A DNA stretch of 64,000 bases from the NCBI GenBank assembly GCA_964016885.1, contig OZ024753.1:39246001-39310000 (forward strand), read 5' to 3'. Below the pieces are notes generated by a model. That model was not told the origin of the DNA and searched no databases. It saw nothing but the letters and a program-made list of their open reading frames with translations. Each line of letters starts with the position of its first letter. Within the stretch, counting starts at the first letter, position 1. Positions 42,113-55,829 of this stretch are shown here, piece by piece. The translations under genes and the position numbers were made by a program. This DNA is from Eledone cirrhosa (Eukaryota).

Positions 42113-44723
42113 TGTATATATATATATTTATATATATATATATACATGTATATATATATATATTTATATATATATACACATATGAGAGCGTGTGAATGCA
42201 CGAGTGTCTGTCTATTACGTGTATACATAATCTTTCAGTTTTGTTTTGTTTTACCGAAACCTTTCTAAAATATGTGGCTTCTTTTAGCTCCTTTATTATA
42301 GATTGAAGTGGACCCCTCTCAATATTTTTCAAGTGCATATCACCCTAAAGCCTCGTCGTAATGCTTTATATTATACCTCTTGTTTGTCAGCTTGAAAACC
42401 AACCATATCCTCCCAAATCATATATCTTCATATCCTTCGTGTATCATCATCATCTTGACATGCATTTAACACAAATATTTATAAGCACTCAGGGCAGAGA
42501 AAGAGTTTACTCCCTTGCCGCTATGATGGCTCTTAACATTTTATCTAATTTTTTGCTCTTTTACATTGTTATTATTTTTTCTTCGTTTTTCGTTGTTTTT
42601 TTTTTTGTTGTTGTTTTTTTTACGAAATAAGATACAAATATATCGGCGAGTAAAACCACAAAAACAGAAAGGTACTACCATACTATTTATTATAAGATAC
42701 AATGGAGAAATGAAGGAGACACAGTAGTGAAAGACACAGAGTAAGATGGCGCATAAAATACGAAATAAGAGAGCGAGAACAACAAGTAAATTGATAGAAA
42801 CTTCCGTTAATAAGAGCTAACGACGTTTGTCTTCTTGAACGCTAAACATACAAATACACTCAGATACAGTGAAAGGCTGCCCAAGGCAAAAATCCCTTTC
42901 TGCTTGCATTGAGATGAGACTTGTTCATCTTACTCCCTATATTCCTTTATATTTATATTTATATTTGTTTAGGATTTTATTTACTTTATTATACTTTTAT
43001 TATTTGTGTTTTCTTTTCTTTGTTTCTTGTTTTTTTGTTATTTGCTCGTCCTAACACATTAAGTTAATTCATAAACACATATAGCCAGGCGTGGATAGAC
43101 ACGTGCATCCATATGCACATATATACGCATATATAGAGAAAGAGATAGAGGAACACACATACAAGTACAGACATACATTCAATATTCAACTGCTCACGTA
43201 CAGAAAGTGCCACACACACACACTCACACACACACACACATATATATATGGCGAGTGAGCGTGTGTACGTATGTATGGATATATGAATGTGTATATGTAT
43301 AAATGTATGTATGTAAAATATAGACAAGGGCTAAATTTTTTAAGGATAAACTTTATATATATATGTGTGTATACATTTATGTGTATGTATATAGTATATG
43401 CGCGAAAATATACAATCGGGGCTATGTACATATGTATTTATATATTTGTGTGTATGTTGGTGTGTATACATTTTGTGTTTATGTGAGGGTTTGTTATACA
43501 AGTGTGTTTCTATATCTACGTAAGTAACAAGCAAGCAAACAATTTAATATACTAGCATATATACACGTGTATACGTTTCTGCGACTTGTTTTGTCCTTCC
43601 GTTTGGGTTTATAGGAACCATCGTATTTGTGTTTTTGTATGAGTGTGTGCGTGTGTGAGTGCGAGAGTGTGTGTATGTGTTTGTGTTTATATGTGTATGA
43701 GTGTGTGCAATTGCGTCAGTAAACGTGTCTGTGTTTATGTAACAGTAAGGTGTGAGTTTGTATTCACTTATGAGTAAGGGGGTGTGTTTGTGTTTCTTTA
43801 TGAGTGAGTGAATTTTCTCTTGTGAGTATATGGGTGTATCTTTGTGTGAGTGCGTGCTCCTGTGTGAGTATGTACACATGTATGTTAATGTCTGCGCATG
43901 CATGTGTGTACGTGTGCAAGTGTAAGCATGAGTGCTTGTATGTGTGCTTGTGCGAGAGTTTGTTCCTGTGTAAGTATGTGCGCCTATGAAGTATGTGGGT
44001 TTGTTCTCGTGTGTGTGCGTGTATGTTTCTGTGGTAGAGAGAGAGAGAGCGAGCGCGCGAGAGAGAGACAGAGAGAGAGAGAGACTGTGTGAGTGTGAGT
44101 GTGTGTGAGTGAGTGTGTGTGTATATATGTGTGTGTGTGTGTGTGTGTGTTTATTTATGTATATGAGTATAGGATCGTATATTGTTTTGGCTGCTCTTTG
44201 CGTTTTTATATTTCATTATTTCTATATTTATCATTTATTTACTCAAATTTTGTGAAAGCACAAACTCTCAATCAGATTTGGGTGAACGAAATTATTGCTA
44301 ATTCTCTAGAATTGCAGCCGCAAGATATAGTCTGGACCGAGCCTGCAGGTAATGGCCCTAATGCATGTTGGGATGCGTGGATTCACATCGCCCTTTCCCC
44401 ATCAACATATATAAGCTTCTGGCAATCTCATACACTGTGCTAACCAATCCACCATCTTCCCTTTCTCTACATCTCCTTCTATCTCCGTTTGTATTTTTTT
44501 TTCCATCTATTTCTTTTTCAATCTCACTCTCTTCTCTCTTCCTCTTCCTCATCTTTCTCCTCCACCCCTCCTCCCCGGTCTCCCTGTCCTCTGTCCTTCC
44601 TCTTCGTCCTCGTAAATCATCTTACAGAACTCCATTCTTTCCTAATGGTCTTCTGTTATTGTTTTCGCTTCGTTCCCATCATTTTCCTTCCTTCACTTCA
44701 CCGACAGCTGTTACAGTAGAGCC

Positions 44724-44779
<56 letters not shown>

Positions 44780-46092
44780 TCATTCTTTCTTTTGGTCACT
44801 CCTCCATACTTTATTCTCCTTCTTCGCCTCTTCACAATTCTTTTCCTATCCTTCCTCTTCATCTCTTGTCATCATTGTCGTCGTCCTTGTCTTCTTTTCT
44901 CACTTCTTTAACATTTGCAAAAGTCATATTTCCTTCCCACTTACATCATCACAGTCTCTATCTTTCGTTCTATCAATCTCTTTCATTCTTTTATTCTTTC
45001 CTCCTTCCTCGTTCTTTTATTCCCGTTGTCTCTTCTCACGTCTCTTTGCTTCTTTAAATTTTATTAAAGATCCACCTTCCACTCTGTTTCTCTATCAGTC
45101 TCTCTACCCACCCCCGTCCCAACTTCTCTCCGTTCTCTTAATTTCTCGTCTTCTTTCTCTCTCCTCTTTAACTTCCTATTCTTTCCTCACTTCCTCTTGT
45201 TCTTACTCGCAATCTTTCACCTCCTCCCTCTCTCTCTATCTCTCTCTGTCTCTCTATCTTTGATCCCTAACTCAGACTTCTAACTCTATTTCTATCCTAT
45301 CTGTATAGTTATCTATTTATCTATCTTTATATCTTTCTTTCTATCTCTCTCTCTCTATCTATCTCAATCGCATCTTTTCTTTCTCACTCAATCTCTTTAT
45401 GTCTTTCCCTATCTATCTATATATCTATCTACCTACCTATCTACCTATATATATCTATCTACCTACCTATCTATCTATCTATCTATCTATCTATCTCTCC
45501 CGCATTCTTTCTCTCTCTGTCACTTTCTTCGGTCTGTATATTCTACTGCTACTGTCTTGCTCCCTTTTTAAAATGTTTTTTTTTTATCTCTTTATTCTTT
45601 TATTTTACTTCTTCCTTCTTTGTATGTTATTTTACTTTATAAAACTAGTTTCCTTATATATTTTTTTTTTTCATTCAATGCAACCGTTAAGTTTTATTTT
45701 CTATATTTTTTTTACTTTTCATTATATTTTCACTGTTTGACATATATGCAGCTTGTGCACATCACCTTCTGCTACCTATTCACATTATCTCCTCTTCCAT
45801 CGCCTCTTCCCGTTCCTATTCTTCAACACATATTTCATTCCTCCTCCACCTCATCCCCATATCAATTTCAGATTTCAATGGCACATTAACCTACTCCACC
45901 ACACTTCACTCTTCACCCTTGCACCCTTGCACCTAGCATTGTGCACTGATCGTGTCCGAAACACTAACACTGATATAACATTTTCTGCATTATATTGTTA
46001 CAACTTGGAGCAGGGGTAAGCCAGTGGTGTAAGCGGCCCGCAACAATGTTTCGATTCTCAGGCGAGGTTCAGATATTTCACATAAATATTAA

Positions 46093-46255
46093 TAATTGTT
46101 TCTACTTTAGGCACAAGGCCAGCAAATACCCAGTGCATTACTGGTAATTTATTTTATCGACCCCGTAAGGATGAAAGGCAAAGTCAACCTCGGCGGGATT
46201 TGAACTCAGATCGTAAAGGGACGTAACTATGCCAATCCACCTGCCAATCCACCGC
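46093..46255 (-). mobile_element. SINE family A copy with an internal head deletion and a 16-bp TSD
   Basis: Consensus match; CATAAATATTAATAAT occurs at 46081-46096 and 46256-46271. Confidence 0.9.
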
Positions 46256-46323
46256 CATAAATATTAATAATGTTGGAAAGGAAATGAATGTTACAACATC
46301 TGATTTCTTATCTTACAAACTTA

Positions 46324-46390
<67 letters not shown>

Positions 46391-46461
46391 TTGGGGTAAA
46401 ACCTATTTAGAAATGAAGTTATTGAAAAATATTTCTGCCAAAATATTCTTAATTTATATAT

Positions 46462-46561
46462 ATATAGAAATGACTTCTACAGGACTATATTAAATATTTA
46501 TACTCTGCTATGTATTGAGTACCTTACTTACTGTGTTCAACCCCGATTGAACCCTGGATAA

Positions 46562-46564
<3 letters not shown>
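46462..46564 (+). mobile_element. 21644-type element with an inverted 5' piece
   Basis: TATAGAAATGACTTCTACAGGACTA + TACTCTGCTATGTATTGAGTACCTTACTTACTGTG, flanked by (TA)n. Confidence 0.7.
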
Positions 46565-46607
<43 letters not shown>

Positions 46608-46824
46608 GAAAAGAAATCGAAAATGCAACTCGGCTCTTTTTAAGAATATTTATTGATTTCCTTTACCGTTTTCACAGTCCTTATGCTTTAAAAAAGTAAA
46701 ATTGAGATGGAGGGTTTGTGGTGTGTCTCGTATCTATACTAGTGAAATATTGGGATCTGCTTAGTTTATTTTTTCCTAACAAATTGCTTGTCTTGTGCTT
46801 AGATAAATACCCATTAAAACTGCG

Positions 46825-47035
46825 GTGGCTTAGCCGAATATTTAAAGCGTGACACATAATGCCTTACGGTGTTTGGTTTGGTTTTTACATTCTGAGTTCA
46901 AATCTATCTTGCCGAGGTTATCTTTACTTTTCAACATTTTGGGGCCCCTAAAATAAAGTACTATTGAAGCACTGAGTCTCTTTAATCGACATTCCTCTCA
47001 CATCGTATTTCTGGCCTTGTGCTTAAATTAGAAAC
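46825..47035 (+). mobile_element. Old diverged SINE family A relative
   Basis: CTGAGTTCAAATC...GCCGAGGTTA...AAAATAAAGTAC...GGCCTTGTGCTTAAATTAGAAAC. Confidence 0.7.
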
Positions 47036-48759
47036 CACGAGTTGGCGGTAAGTAAACTGTTATAAACAGATTATGTTATGTCAGCCCAAATAAGTGAAAT
47101 AGAAAAATCCATCGCTGACATTTAATGGTTAAAATATGTTTAATTTACCACGTGTTGTTACGTGTGTTCAGCTAATCTAATTTTACTGTCACAGACATAA
47201 GAGACCTTGAGCTTAATATTCCCAATGTCTGTATTAATAAGATAAAACAGTAGGAACCAACGAAATAAACATGAACAACAAAGCCAACATTGCATCAAAT
47301 TTTTACCTTGACGAAACAAACACACGTAGCCACAAGTGTAAACGTCACAACAAAATGCCACAAAAGCTAACGTCTGAAAAATATGATCTCATTATTCACT
47401 AACAAAGTTCTTATCATTTTTTTTTTCGGTTTATATATTTATTTTTGGCTTATTTTTGTTAATTTTCACCTTTCGAAAGAACCGCACGTCGTAACATTAA
47501 ATGAACTCAGAAGAAGAAAGCGGTTCTCTTTAAATTGCCATATTCATTTGATTGTTATAAATTAATAAAACAAAGAAAATGTGAAAATATAACGAAAATG
47601 AAACAAATTATGGATTATTAACCTGTTCAAAATAAACAGAATATTTTGTCAATGGTCATTCGTCTCAGCTATGAAAATACAACATAAGTGAAGATATGCT
47701 TATTGTTCATCTATAAACGAAGTTGTAAAGAAAATTAGGCTGACTGTAAAGAAATTCTATTGAATTACTCTAATGGCATTTGTTTCTGTTGTCAAAATGT
47801 ATCTTCATAGATAGACAATTTATTATATAAACCTATGCTCTTCTACAAACATAAATACATTTTAGACTGATGTGAGGAATTCCATTATTATTCCGGCCCT
47901 ATTGATTTACAGGAGATTGCAGCAAAAAGTGCAAAGTTTACTGGTTTTGTCTTTACATTACATATTTTCTTTTGAAGGTGTGATCAAATTGATATTTTAA
48001 CCCATAACTTATTTTCTGAAAGAGAAAGAGAAAAGTGATATGTTGTTTATTTTCGCACTGAACGTCAAACGGTCAGCTAAATAGAATGTACATCAAAATA
48101 TTACAGAGTTTTATTCGATCAAGAAATCTCTGTTTTAGTTAATATGATGAATGACATATTGAGCGAAGACATTTGAAAGACATTTAAAAGAGGAGATATG
48201 GGAAATAAACAAAACGTTAATCAGCCTAATATCTAACTTATTTTTCAGATGCCAAGATTCTGATAACTGTTGAAAAACATCGTACACCGATTCCATTCTA
48301 TCTGTGTTAAAATGAATTGGGGTAAAACCTATTTAGAAATGAAGTTATTGAAAAATATTTCTGCCAAAATATTCTTAATTTAAGATGTTCGATGTTATGT
48401 TATCAGATTTTGGAAGACAGCTGACCACATTGGGATAACTGAATCTCCTTCTACAGTGAATAAAGAATGATAAGACGGGTAAAAGATTTAATAAATCATA
48501 TGACTACACAAATATACAAATATATCTGTAATTCCAAAATGACAACCAATTTTTTATCACTTTGACTTAAGCATTAAAAAAATTTTTAAATCACGTCTCT
48601 CAAATGCCATGTGAGGGCGTTAACCATTAAGCTAAATCACATATTGCCTTATTTGAATAGATTTAAAGCCTGTATATAGAGGTGTAAACATTTATTTGGT
48701 TTGAGAAGCATTGAGAAAATTTAGAATTTGAAATGTAGTCGTCCCAACGAGGTGACTAT

Positions 48760-48946
48760 AATAATTGTTTCTACTTTTGGCACAAGGCCAGCAAATACCC
48801 AGTGCATTACTGGTACTTTATTTTATCGAACCCGTAAGGATGAAAGGCAAAGTTAACCTCGGCGGGATTTGAACTCAGAATGGCAAGGGCCGTAACTCTA
48901 TGCGTCAAAGCATGGCGTTCGACCCTCTACCGATACTGCAAGTCCA
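48760..48946 (-). mobile_element. SINE family A copy
   Basis: Near identical to the copy at 3089-3278. Confidence 0.88.
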
Positions 48947-49067
48947 AATAGTCAATCACTATGAATAATAGTTGGAAACAAAATTCAGCCTTCCATCCTT
49001 TCAAGGTCGATAAAAAATCCCCAGGTCAGTACTGAGATCGATTGTTCCGTTATCCCTTTCGCCCTTC

Positions 49068-49098
<31 letters not shown>

Positions 49099-49254
49099 TA
49101 TCTCTCTCTCTCTCTCTCCCACTCTTTCACTCTCTCACTCTCTACTCCTCCCTCTTATACAGATATTAGATTAGATTCGAAAAGCACATTGAAAACACTT
49201 CAGTTTATACAATTACGACTCCTCTTCTAGAAAAAAGAAATTGATGTCTTTGAT

Positions 49255-49334
<80 letters not shown>

Positions 49335-49336
49335 AT

Positions 49337-49387
<51 letters not shown>

Positions 49388-49464
49388 TACATACGCACCT
49401 GAAACAGTAAAGAAAATTTAACTAAAGATACTTAGATATAAAGAACGAATGAAAGGGATGTAAT

Positions 49465-49515
<51 letters not shown>

Positions 49516-49987
49516 TTGGTGGTGGCAGTGGTGGTAGTAGTGTTGAAGAAAATAAACAGTGTTGTAGATGTTAGGTTTTATAGACGGCGAGGATGTATAA
49601 GAACGACTCGATCTAATTTATCTCTTATAATTTGCCAAGCGAGAATTGTCCGCTCTGTAAAGCACTTCTTAACACCCCATTGGGTAATAAACTCTTTTGT
49701 TATAGTATGATTCAGGCCAGTGAATGTAATAGTAATGTATAACCGTGTATTTCGTTCCTATTGCGTTTGTGATATGTTAACTGTTTCTCGTTGCAAATTG
49801 TGTGAGTAAAAACCGCTCTTTTCCGTGGTCCGTTTGTAAATATGTGTATACACATGTTTCTACTTGGAGTATGTGTATAATATTTGTTTGATTGGCCATT
49901 TATATATCTCTGTGTGCATGTATATGTGTGAAAGATCTTTTTGACATTCGTCTATATATATGTATATATATATATATAACGAAGAGT

Positions 49988-50030
<43 letters not shown>

Positions 50031-50068
50031 TGCACTCTTCGTTATTCTTTTTGTTTTTTGTTTTAATT

Positions 50069-50116
<48 letters not shown>

Positions 50117-50153
50117 TATATATATATATACGAATTTTAGTATACATATATAC

Positions 50154-50223
<70 letters not shown>

Positions 50224-50240
50224 GTATATATATATACATA

Positions 50241-50325
<85 letters not shown>

Positions 50326-50571
50326 TGGTGTGTTTGTGTAGATATTTCACGGTGTAGAATGTGCGTGTAATGTCTTTTCATGGATCTGTTTAAATATATG
50401 TGTGCGTATGTCTTTCTTCTTTTAAAGAATGTATTTGACAGTCTGTTTGAAAATATATGTGTAGGTATTTCATGATGTAGATTGTGTGTAAAATATATTT
50501 GACGTTTATATATATGTTTGTCAATGCTTGTAAATATTTGTGTTGCAGATTGTGTGTATTTTTTTGCTCCA

Positions 50572-50790
50572 TTTATATATGTGAGTATATTTATATATGT
50601 CTATATATGTTTATATATATGTCTATATTTATCTATGTCTATATTTTGTTGTCCGTTTATATATGTGAGTATATTTATATATGTCTATATATGTTTATAT
50701 ATATGTCTATATTTATATATGTCTATATTTTGTTGTCCGTTTATATATGTGAGTATATTTATATATGTCCATATTTTGTTGTTTCATTTA
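50572..50790 (+). repeat. 84-bp tandem repeat, ~2.5 copies
   Basis: TTTATATATGTGAGTATAT starts at 50572, 50656 and 50740. Confidence 0.88.
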
Positions 50791-51283
50791 TATATGTGTG
50801 TATTTTGTTGCTTCATTTATATCTGTGGAAAGTGGCGATTTCTATAGAATTCTTTGAGGTATCCTTTCCGGATCTCTGCGCTCTGCGTTCAAATACTGCT
50901 GAGTTCAAAGTTACCCTTGACCCTTTTGATAGCAATAAATACCAGTCAAGTACTAAGGCATAGTACACTTTCTCTCTCTCTCTCTCTTACTTTCTTTCCT
51001 TCTCTGTTTCTCATACTCTCTCACTCATACTCTGAAAAAAATTATATATATATATATATAAATATTAATATACATATATATATAAATATATACATATATA
51101 TGTATATACATATATATATATATGTATATACAGATATATATATATATGCTTATATATATTGTGTGTGTGTAAATGTTTGCTTTTGGTGTTTGTATGCAGT
51201 TCTCGGCGTTTTGTTTGTATCTGTGTTATGTTATGTGAATACATGTGTTGCAGCTCGCTTTGCTTTCTTGAACGCATTCAAGC

Positions 51284-51400
<117 letters not shown>

Positions 51401-51463
51401 GTGTATATATATATATATATATATATAGATATAGATATATAGATATAGATATACATATATATA

Positions 51464-51514
<51 letters not shown>

Positions 51515-51724
51515 TGTTTCTTGTTGCTGATTGTGTGGAAAATACTAAGAATAAATATTTGAAGATACACCTAATATTGTATATGTATACACATACATAT
51601 AAACACACACACACACACACACAGACCCACACACGCACACGCACACGCAGATATATATATATATATATTATATATAGTATAAAAAAACGAAAAATCAGTG
51701 ATGCATCTGGATTCAGTTTATTGC

Positions 51725-51801
51725 GTGTTACAAATGTTTCGCCGGCAGGTGGCTCGAGACATGATCACTGTATGGATCTGGCTGCAGGTTCCTTCCGACA
51801 C
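51725..51801 (-). ncRNA. Decayed type I hammerhead-like motif
   Basis: Minus strand: GUGU-CGGAAGGAA-CCUGCAG...CUGCCGG-C-GAAACAUUUGUA-ACAC, followed by AAUAAA. Lies between (TA)n tracts. Confidence 0.5.
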
Positions 51802-51946
51802 ATGCAATTCTTACGGAGCAAATTTTCCTCACTGGGGTGTTATGGTAAAAAGTCATGTCCACTCTTGTCATGGCATTGGCTGTTGTTTTTCTACGTCATC
51901 ATAAGTTCTGGTCACTATTTACTGCTACACTGGTCATCAGCCATTT

Positions 51947-52028
<82 letters not shown>

Positions 52029-52947
52029 TATATTACGGCTCTGTCCTCAGACATTGAGCTAACCTCATACTGCCTGCTGGATAAGTGGAGTGTTATACAC
52101 CCCTGATCCTTTCTCTAGCATACTATATATATATATATATACATGTAAGTTTACATTACCGTACAAAAAGAAATTTGTCCATACAAAGTATATTGTAGAT
52201 TTTTCCATAAAAAATATTTCAGTGTTTTGTAGTTATAGTCATCATTTCCTTAAGGGGTCGATAAAATAAAGTACCAGTAATGCACTGGGTAATTGCTGGC
52301 CTTGTGCCTAAATTAGAAACAATTATCTAATTATTTATTGCACTATAACAGCTTTTTACTACGAATAGTATTACAAAGTTTACATTGTTCTAGTTTTGAA
52401 TATGTTCTACACGTGTTACTGTGTGTCGCTTACGTCCTTTCTAAGAAAACCTATGCAACTGGTTATATCCTTGTTGCTTATGTTGTCATGTCTAGAGACA
52501 CAAATCTGGTTTGAATTTGAATGTAATGAAGTGCTTTTCGTTAGTTGACGCCTAGTGTGTTTAGTTTTGGTTTGTACGTAGTCTCAAACATACTGGACCT
52601 CAGAAAGTACCTCGTAATGTTAAGCTATTAAATAGTTGAAGCACAACCACAAGGATATGGTCCGAACGTGGAAGAGCCCAACTCCCACTGTCATCGCCTC
52701 CAACTCTCTCGCCCTCCCCATCTCTCTGTATGGTGTACATAGTAAAGACATAGTTTCTCTAAAATCAGTAAAAAATATGTTTAAATTAGAACAATAATTT
52801 ACAAGACTCATATTTAACTGGGTGATGTCTAAAAATATCTGACTGATGAAATGACAAGTCAGTCGAGCATATCGGTAGCCTCTCCACAGCCCCGGCGGAC
52901 AGAATGTAGAAGGCGTTTCCCCGTAGTTACAGAATACATTTCGTTAA

Positions 52948-53133
52948 GTGGATTGGCAGTATCGGTAGAGGGTCGGACGCCATGCTTTCCAGCATAGTTA
53001 CGTCCCTTTACGATCTGAGTTCAAATCCCGCCAAGGTTGAATTTGCCTTTCATCCTTACGGGGTCGATAAAATAAAGTACCAGTAATGCACTGGGTAATT
53101 GCTGGCCTTGTGCCTAAAGTAGAAACAGTTATT
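52948..53133 (+). mobile_element. SINE family A copy
   Basis: Full consensus match; same subfamily as the 54.3-55.1 kb array (CTTTCCAGCATAGTTACGTCCC). Confidence 0.88.
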
Positions 53134-53214
53134 AATACGTTGTTTTTCCATTCAGGCATTGCTACAATGATAAAGTAGGAGACGACGAAATATGGTGGGG
53201 TTTCGCGCATTGAG

Positions 53215-53465
53215 GCTCATCAGGTCAATGCTTATCCCGGCTTCCGTGGTGTTTAGCGATTGAGAATACAAGACTCTTCCTGGACAGGAAGCCTTTTCAC
53301 TATACGGTTAAAGCTCCATCTATTGCTGGGGTTCATGTTCAGCTGAGTATACTGGAGCAACGTGAAATGAAAAGTTTTGGTCAAGAACACAACACACAAC
53401 CAAGTCCAGTAACCGATCTCACAAAATTATGATCGTAAGTCCAACACATGTAGCACTAGTCCACA
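53215..53465 (-). mobile_element. Second, older tRNA-SINE family (B); diverged relatives at ~8600-8690 (-), ~20455-20660 (+), ~31540-31650 (+), ~57000-57200 (-)
   Basis: Shared CAGCTGAGT..ACTGGAGCAACGTGAAAT...CAAGAACACAAC...ATCGTAAGTCCAACAC motifs; tRNA-like head with GGTTCGAT-type B-box in the better-preserved relatives. Confidence 0.6.
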
Positions 53466-53593
53466 TGTCTTCACATATAACTATAGACTTTAATACCATA
53501 TGATCGATCAACTCTCAATAAACAAAACTGTCACACGTTATTGACACGACATGATGCGATTCTCCATTTCCTAAAGACATTACGTCCAATATG

Positions 53594-53660
<67 letters not shown>

Positions 53661-53733
53661 TATACATATATATACATATATATACATATATATATATATA
53701 CATATATATACGTATATATATACATATATATAC

Positions 53734-53766
<33 letters not shown>

Positions 53767-53787
53767 AACATATATATACATATATAT

Positions 53788-53872
<85 letters not shown>

Positions 53873-54265
53873 TATGTATATATGTGCGCGCGTGTGTGTG
53901 TGTGTGTGTGTGCGTATATATATGTGTGTGTTTGTGTGTGGTGTGTGGTATGTGGTATGTGGTGTGGTGTATGTTTGTGTGTTTGTGTGAGGTCTGGTGT
54001 GTGTATGCATGTGTGTGTGTGTGTGTATGTGTATGTGTGTTTGTGTATGTGACATTTATTGAGTCTAAAAATGCCGATGGAACGCTATCTTGAACAATGT
54101 GAGTGATAAGGAACGGAATTATAAAATTTTAAAATTTGCCCAAAATAGACATTTCCACTATAACGAACGGAAAGAGAAAAAATATCTACTTTTAAGTTAA
54201 GATTCCTATCTAGATTCTATGATAATAAAAAGATAGTTAATGTATTAGTTTAATAATAGGCTGTC

Positions 54266-55098
54266 TATTAACTCTAACTACTTTAACGCGGTGGATTGGC
54301 AGTATCGGTAGAGGGTCGGACGCCATGCTTTCCAGCATAGTTACGTCCCTTTACGATATGAGTTCAAATCCCGCGGAGGCTGACTTTGCCTTTCATCCTT
54401 ACGGGGTCGATAAAATAAAGTACCAGTAATGCACTGGGTATTTGCTGGCCTTGTGCCTAAAGTAGAAACAATTATTAACTCTAGCTACTTTAACGCGGTG
54501 GATTGGCAGTATCGGTAGAGTGTCGGACGCCATGCTTTCCAGCATAGTTACGTCCCTTTACGATATGAGTTCAAATCCCGCGGAGGCTGACTTTGCCTTT
54601 CATCCTTACGGGGTCGATAAAATAAAGTACCAGTAATGCACTGGGTATTTGCTGGCCTTGTGCCTAAAGTAGAAACAATTATTAACTCTAGCTACTTTAA
54701 CGCGGTGGATTGGCAGTATCGGTAGAGTGTCGGACGCCATGCTTTCCAGCATAGTTACGTCCCTTTACGATATGAGTTCAAATCCCGCGGAGGCTGACTT
54801 TGCCTTTCATCCTTACGGGGTCGATAAAATAAAGTACCAGTAATGCACTGGGTATTTGCTGGCCTTGTGCCTAAAGTAGAAACAATTATTAACTCTAGCT
54901 ACTTTAACGCGGTGGATTGGCAGTATCGGTAGAGGGTCGGACGCCATGCTTTCCAGCATAGTTACGTCCCTTTACGATATGAGTTCAAATCCCGCCGAGG
55001 CTGACTTTGCCTTTCATCCTTACGGGGTCGATAAAATAAAGTACCAGTAATGCACTGGGTATTTGCTGGCCTTGTGCCTAAACTAGAAACAATTATTA
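54266..55098 (+). repeat. Tandem array of four SINE family A copies, 207-bp period
   Basis: GCGGTGGATTGG starts at 54288, 54495, 54702 and 54909; each is preceded by TTAACTCTA(A/G)CTACTTTAAC. Confidence 0.95.
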
Positions 55099-55186
55099 TC
55101 TTTCGAAATAAAGATAGAGTCGAAAACCAACTGGTGCGTTTCTTTTTGACCCTCCTAAAGTATGAACATATATAATATATAGTATA

Positions 55187-55224
<38 letters not shown>

Positions 55225-55459
55225 TATATATATAGTGAGAGATAGATAGAGAAAGAGAGAGAAAGAGAGAGAGTGAGAGATGTAAAATCCCGTCAGAGAT
55301 CTCTATAATATTTCTATACCTAGTCTGCATCTACCCATGCATTGAGTACTCCCATGACTAGTGGTCTCATCGGTCTCAGCACCACACACACACACACACT
55401 CTCTCTCTCTCTCTCTCTCTCTGTTTCTCTGGCTCCCTCTCTCTCTCTCTCTCCCCCTC

Positions 55460-55514
<55 letters not shown>

Positions 55515-55595
55515 ATATATATTTATATATATATATACATGAATACATAAATACATACAATACATACATACATATATATATATATAAATACACAC

Positions 55596-55712
<117 letters not shown>

Positions 55713-55785
55713 CATATATATATATACCTGTCGAAACGGCCAGAGCTCAGCCGTCGGGGTCCTGACTCATATATATATATCTATA

Positions 55786-55829
<44 letters not shown>

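Noticed and set aside
44365-45057. 230-aa Leu/Ser/Phe-rich ORF
   Set aside because: Translation of a polypyrimidine low-complexity tract.
46032-46065. Minus-strand CTGAGAATCGAAACATTGTT hammerhead-like string
   Set aside because: The C3-G8 pair is broken and there is no stem II.
48233-48310. Branch-point/acceptor-like CTAAC..TTTTTCAG, and a similar acceptor at ~60662
   Set aside because: No recognisable protein in any frame and no clear donor; exons cannot be called without RNA data.
53180-53230. Minus-strand CTGATGA...GAAAC...GTC
   Set aside because: Stems II and III have only ~2 bp with no palindrome, and it overlaps a SINE end; likely chance.
54266-55098. Regularly spaced array resembling CRISPR
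   Set aside because: Units are whole 207-bp SINE copies with near-identical spacers; eukaryotic context and no cas genes.
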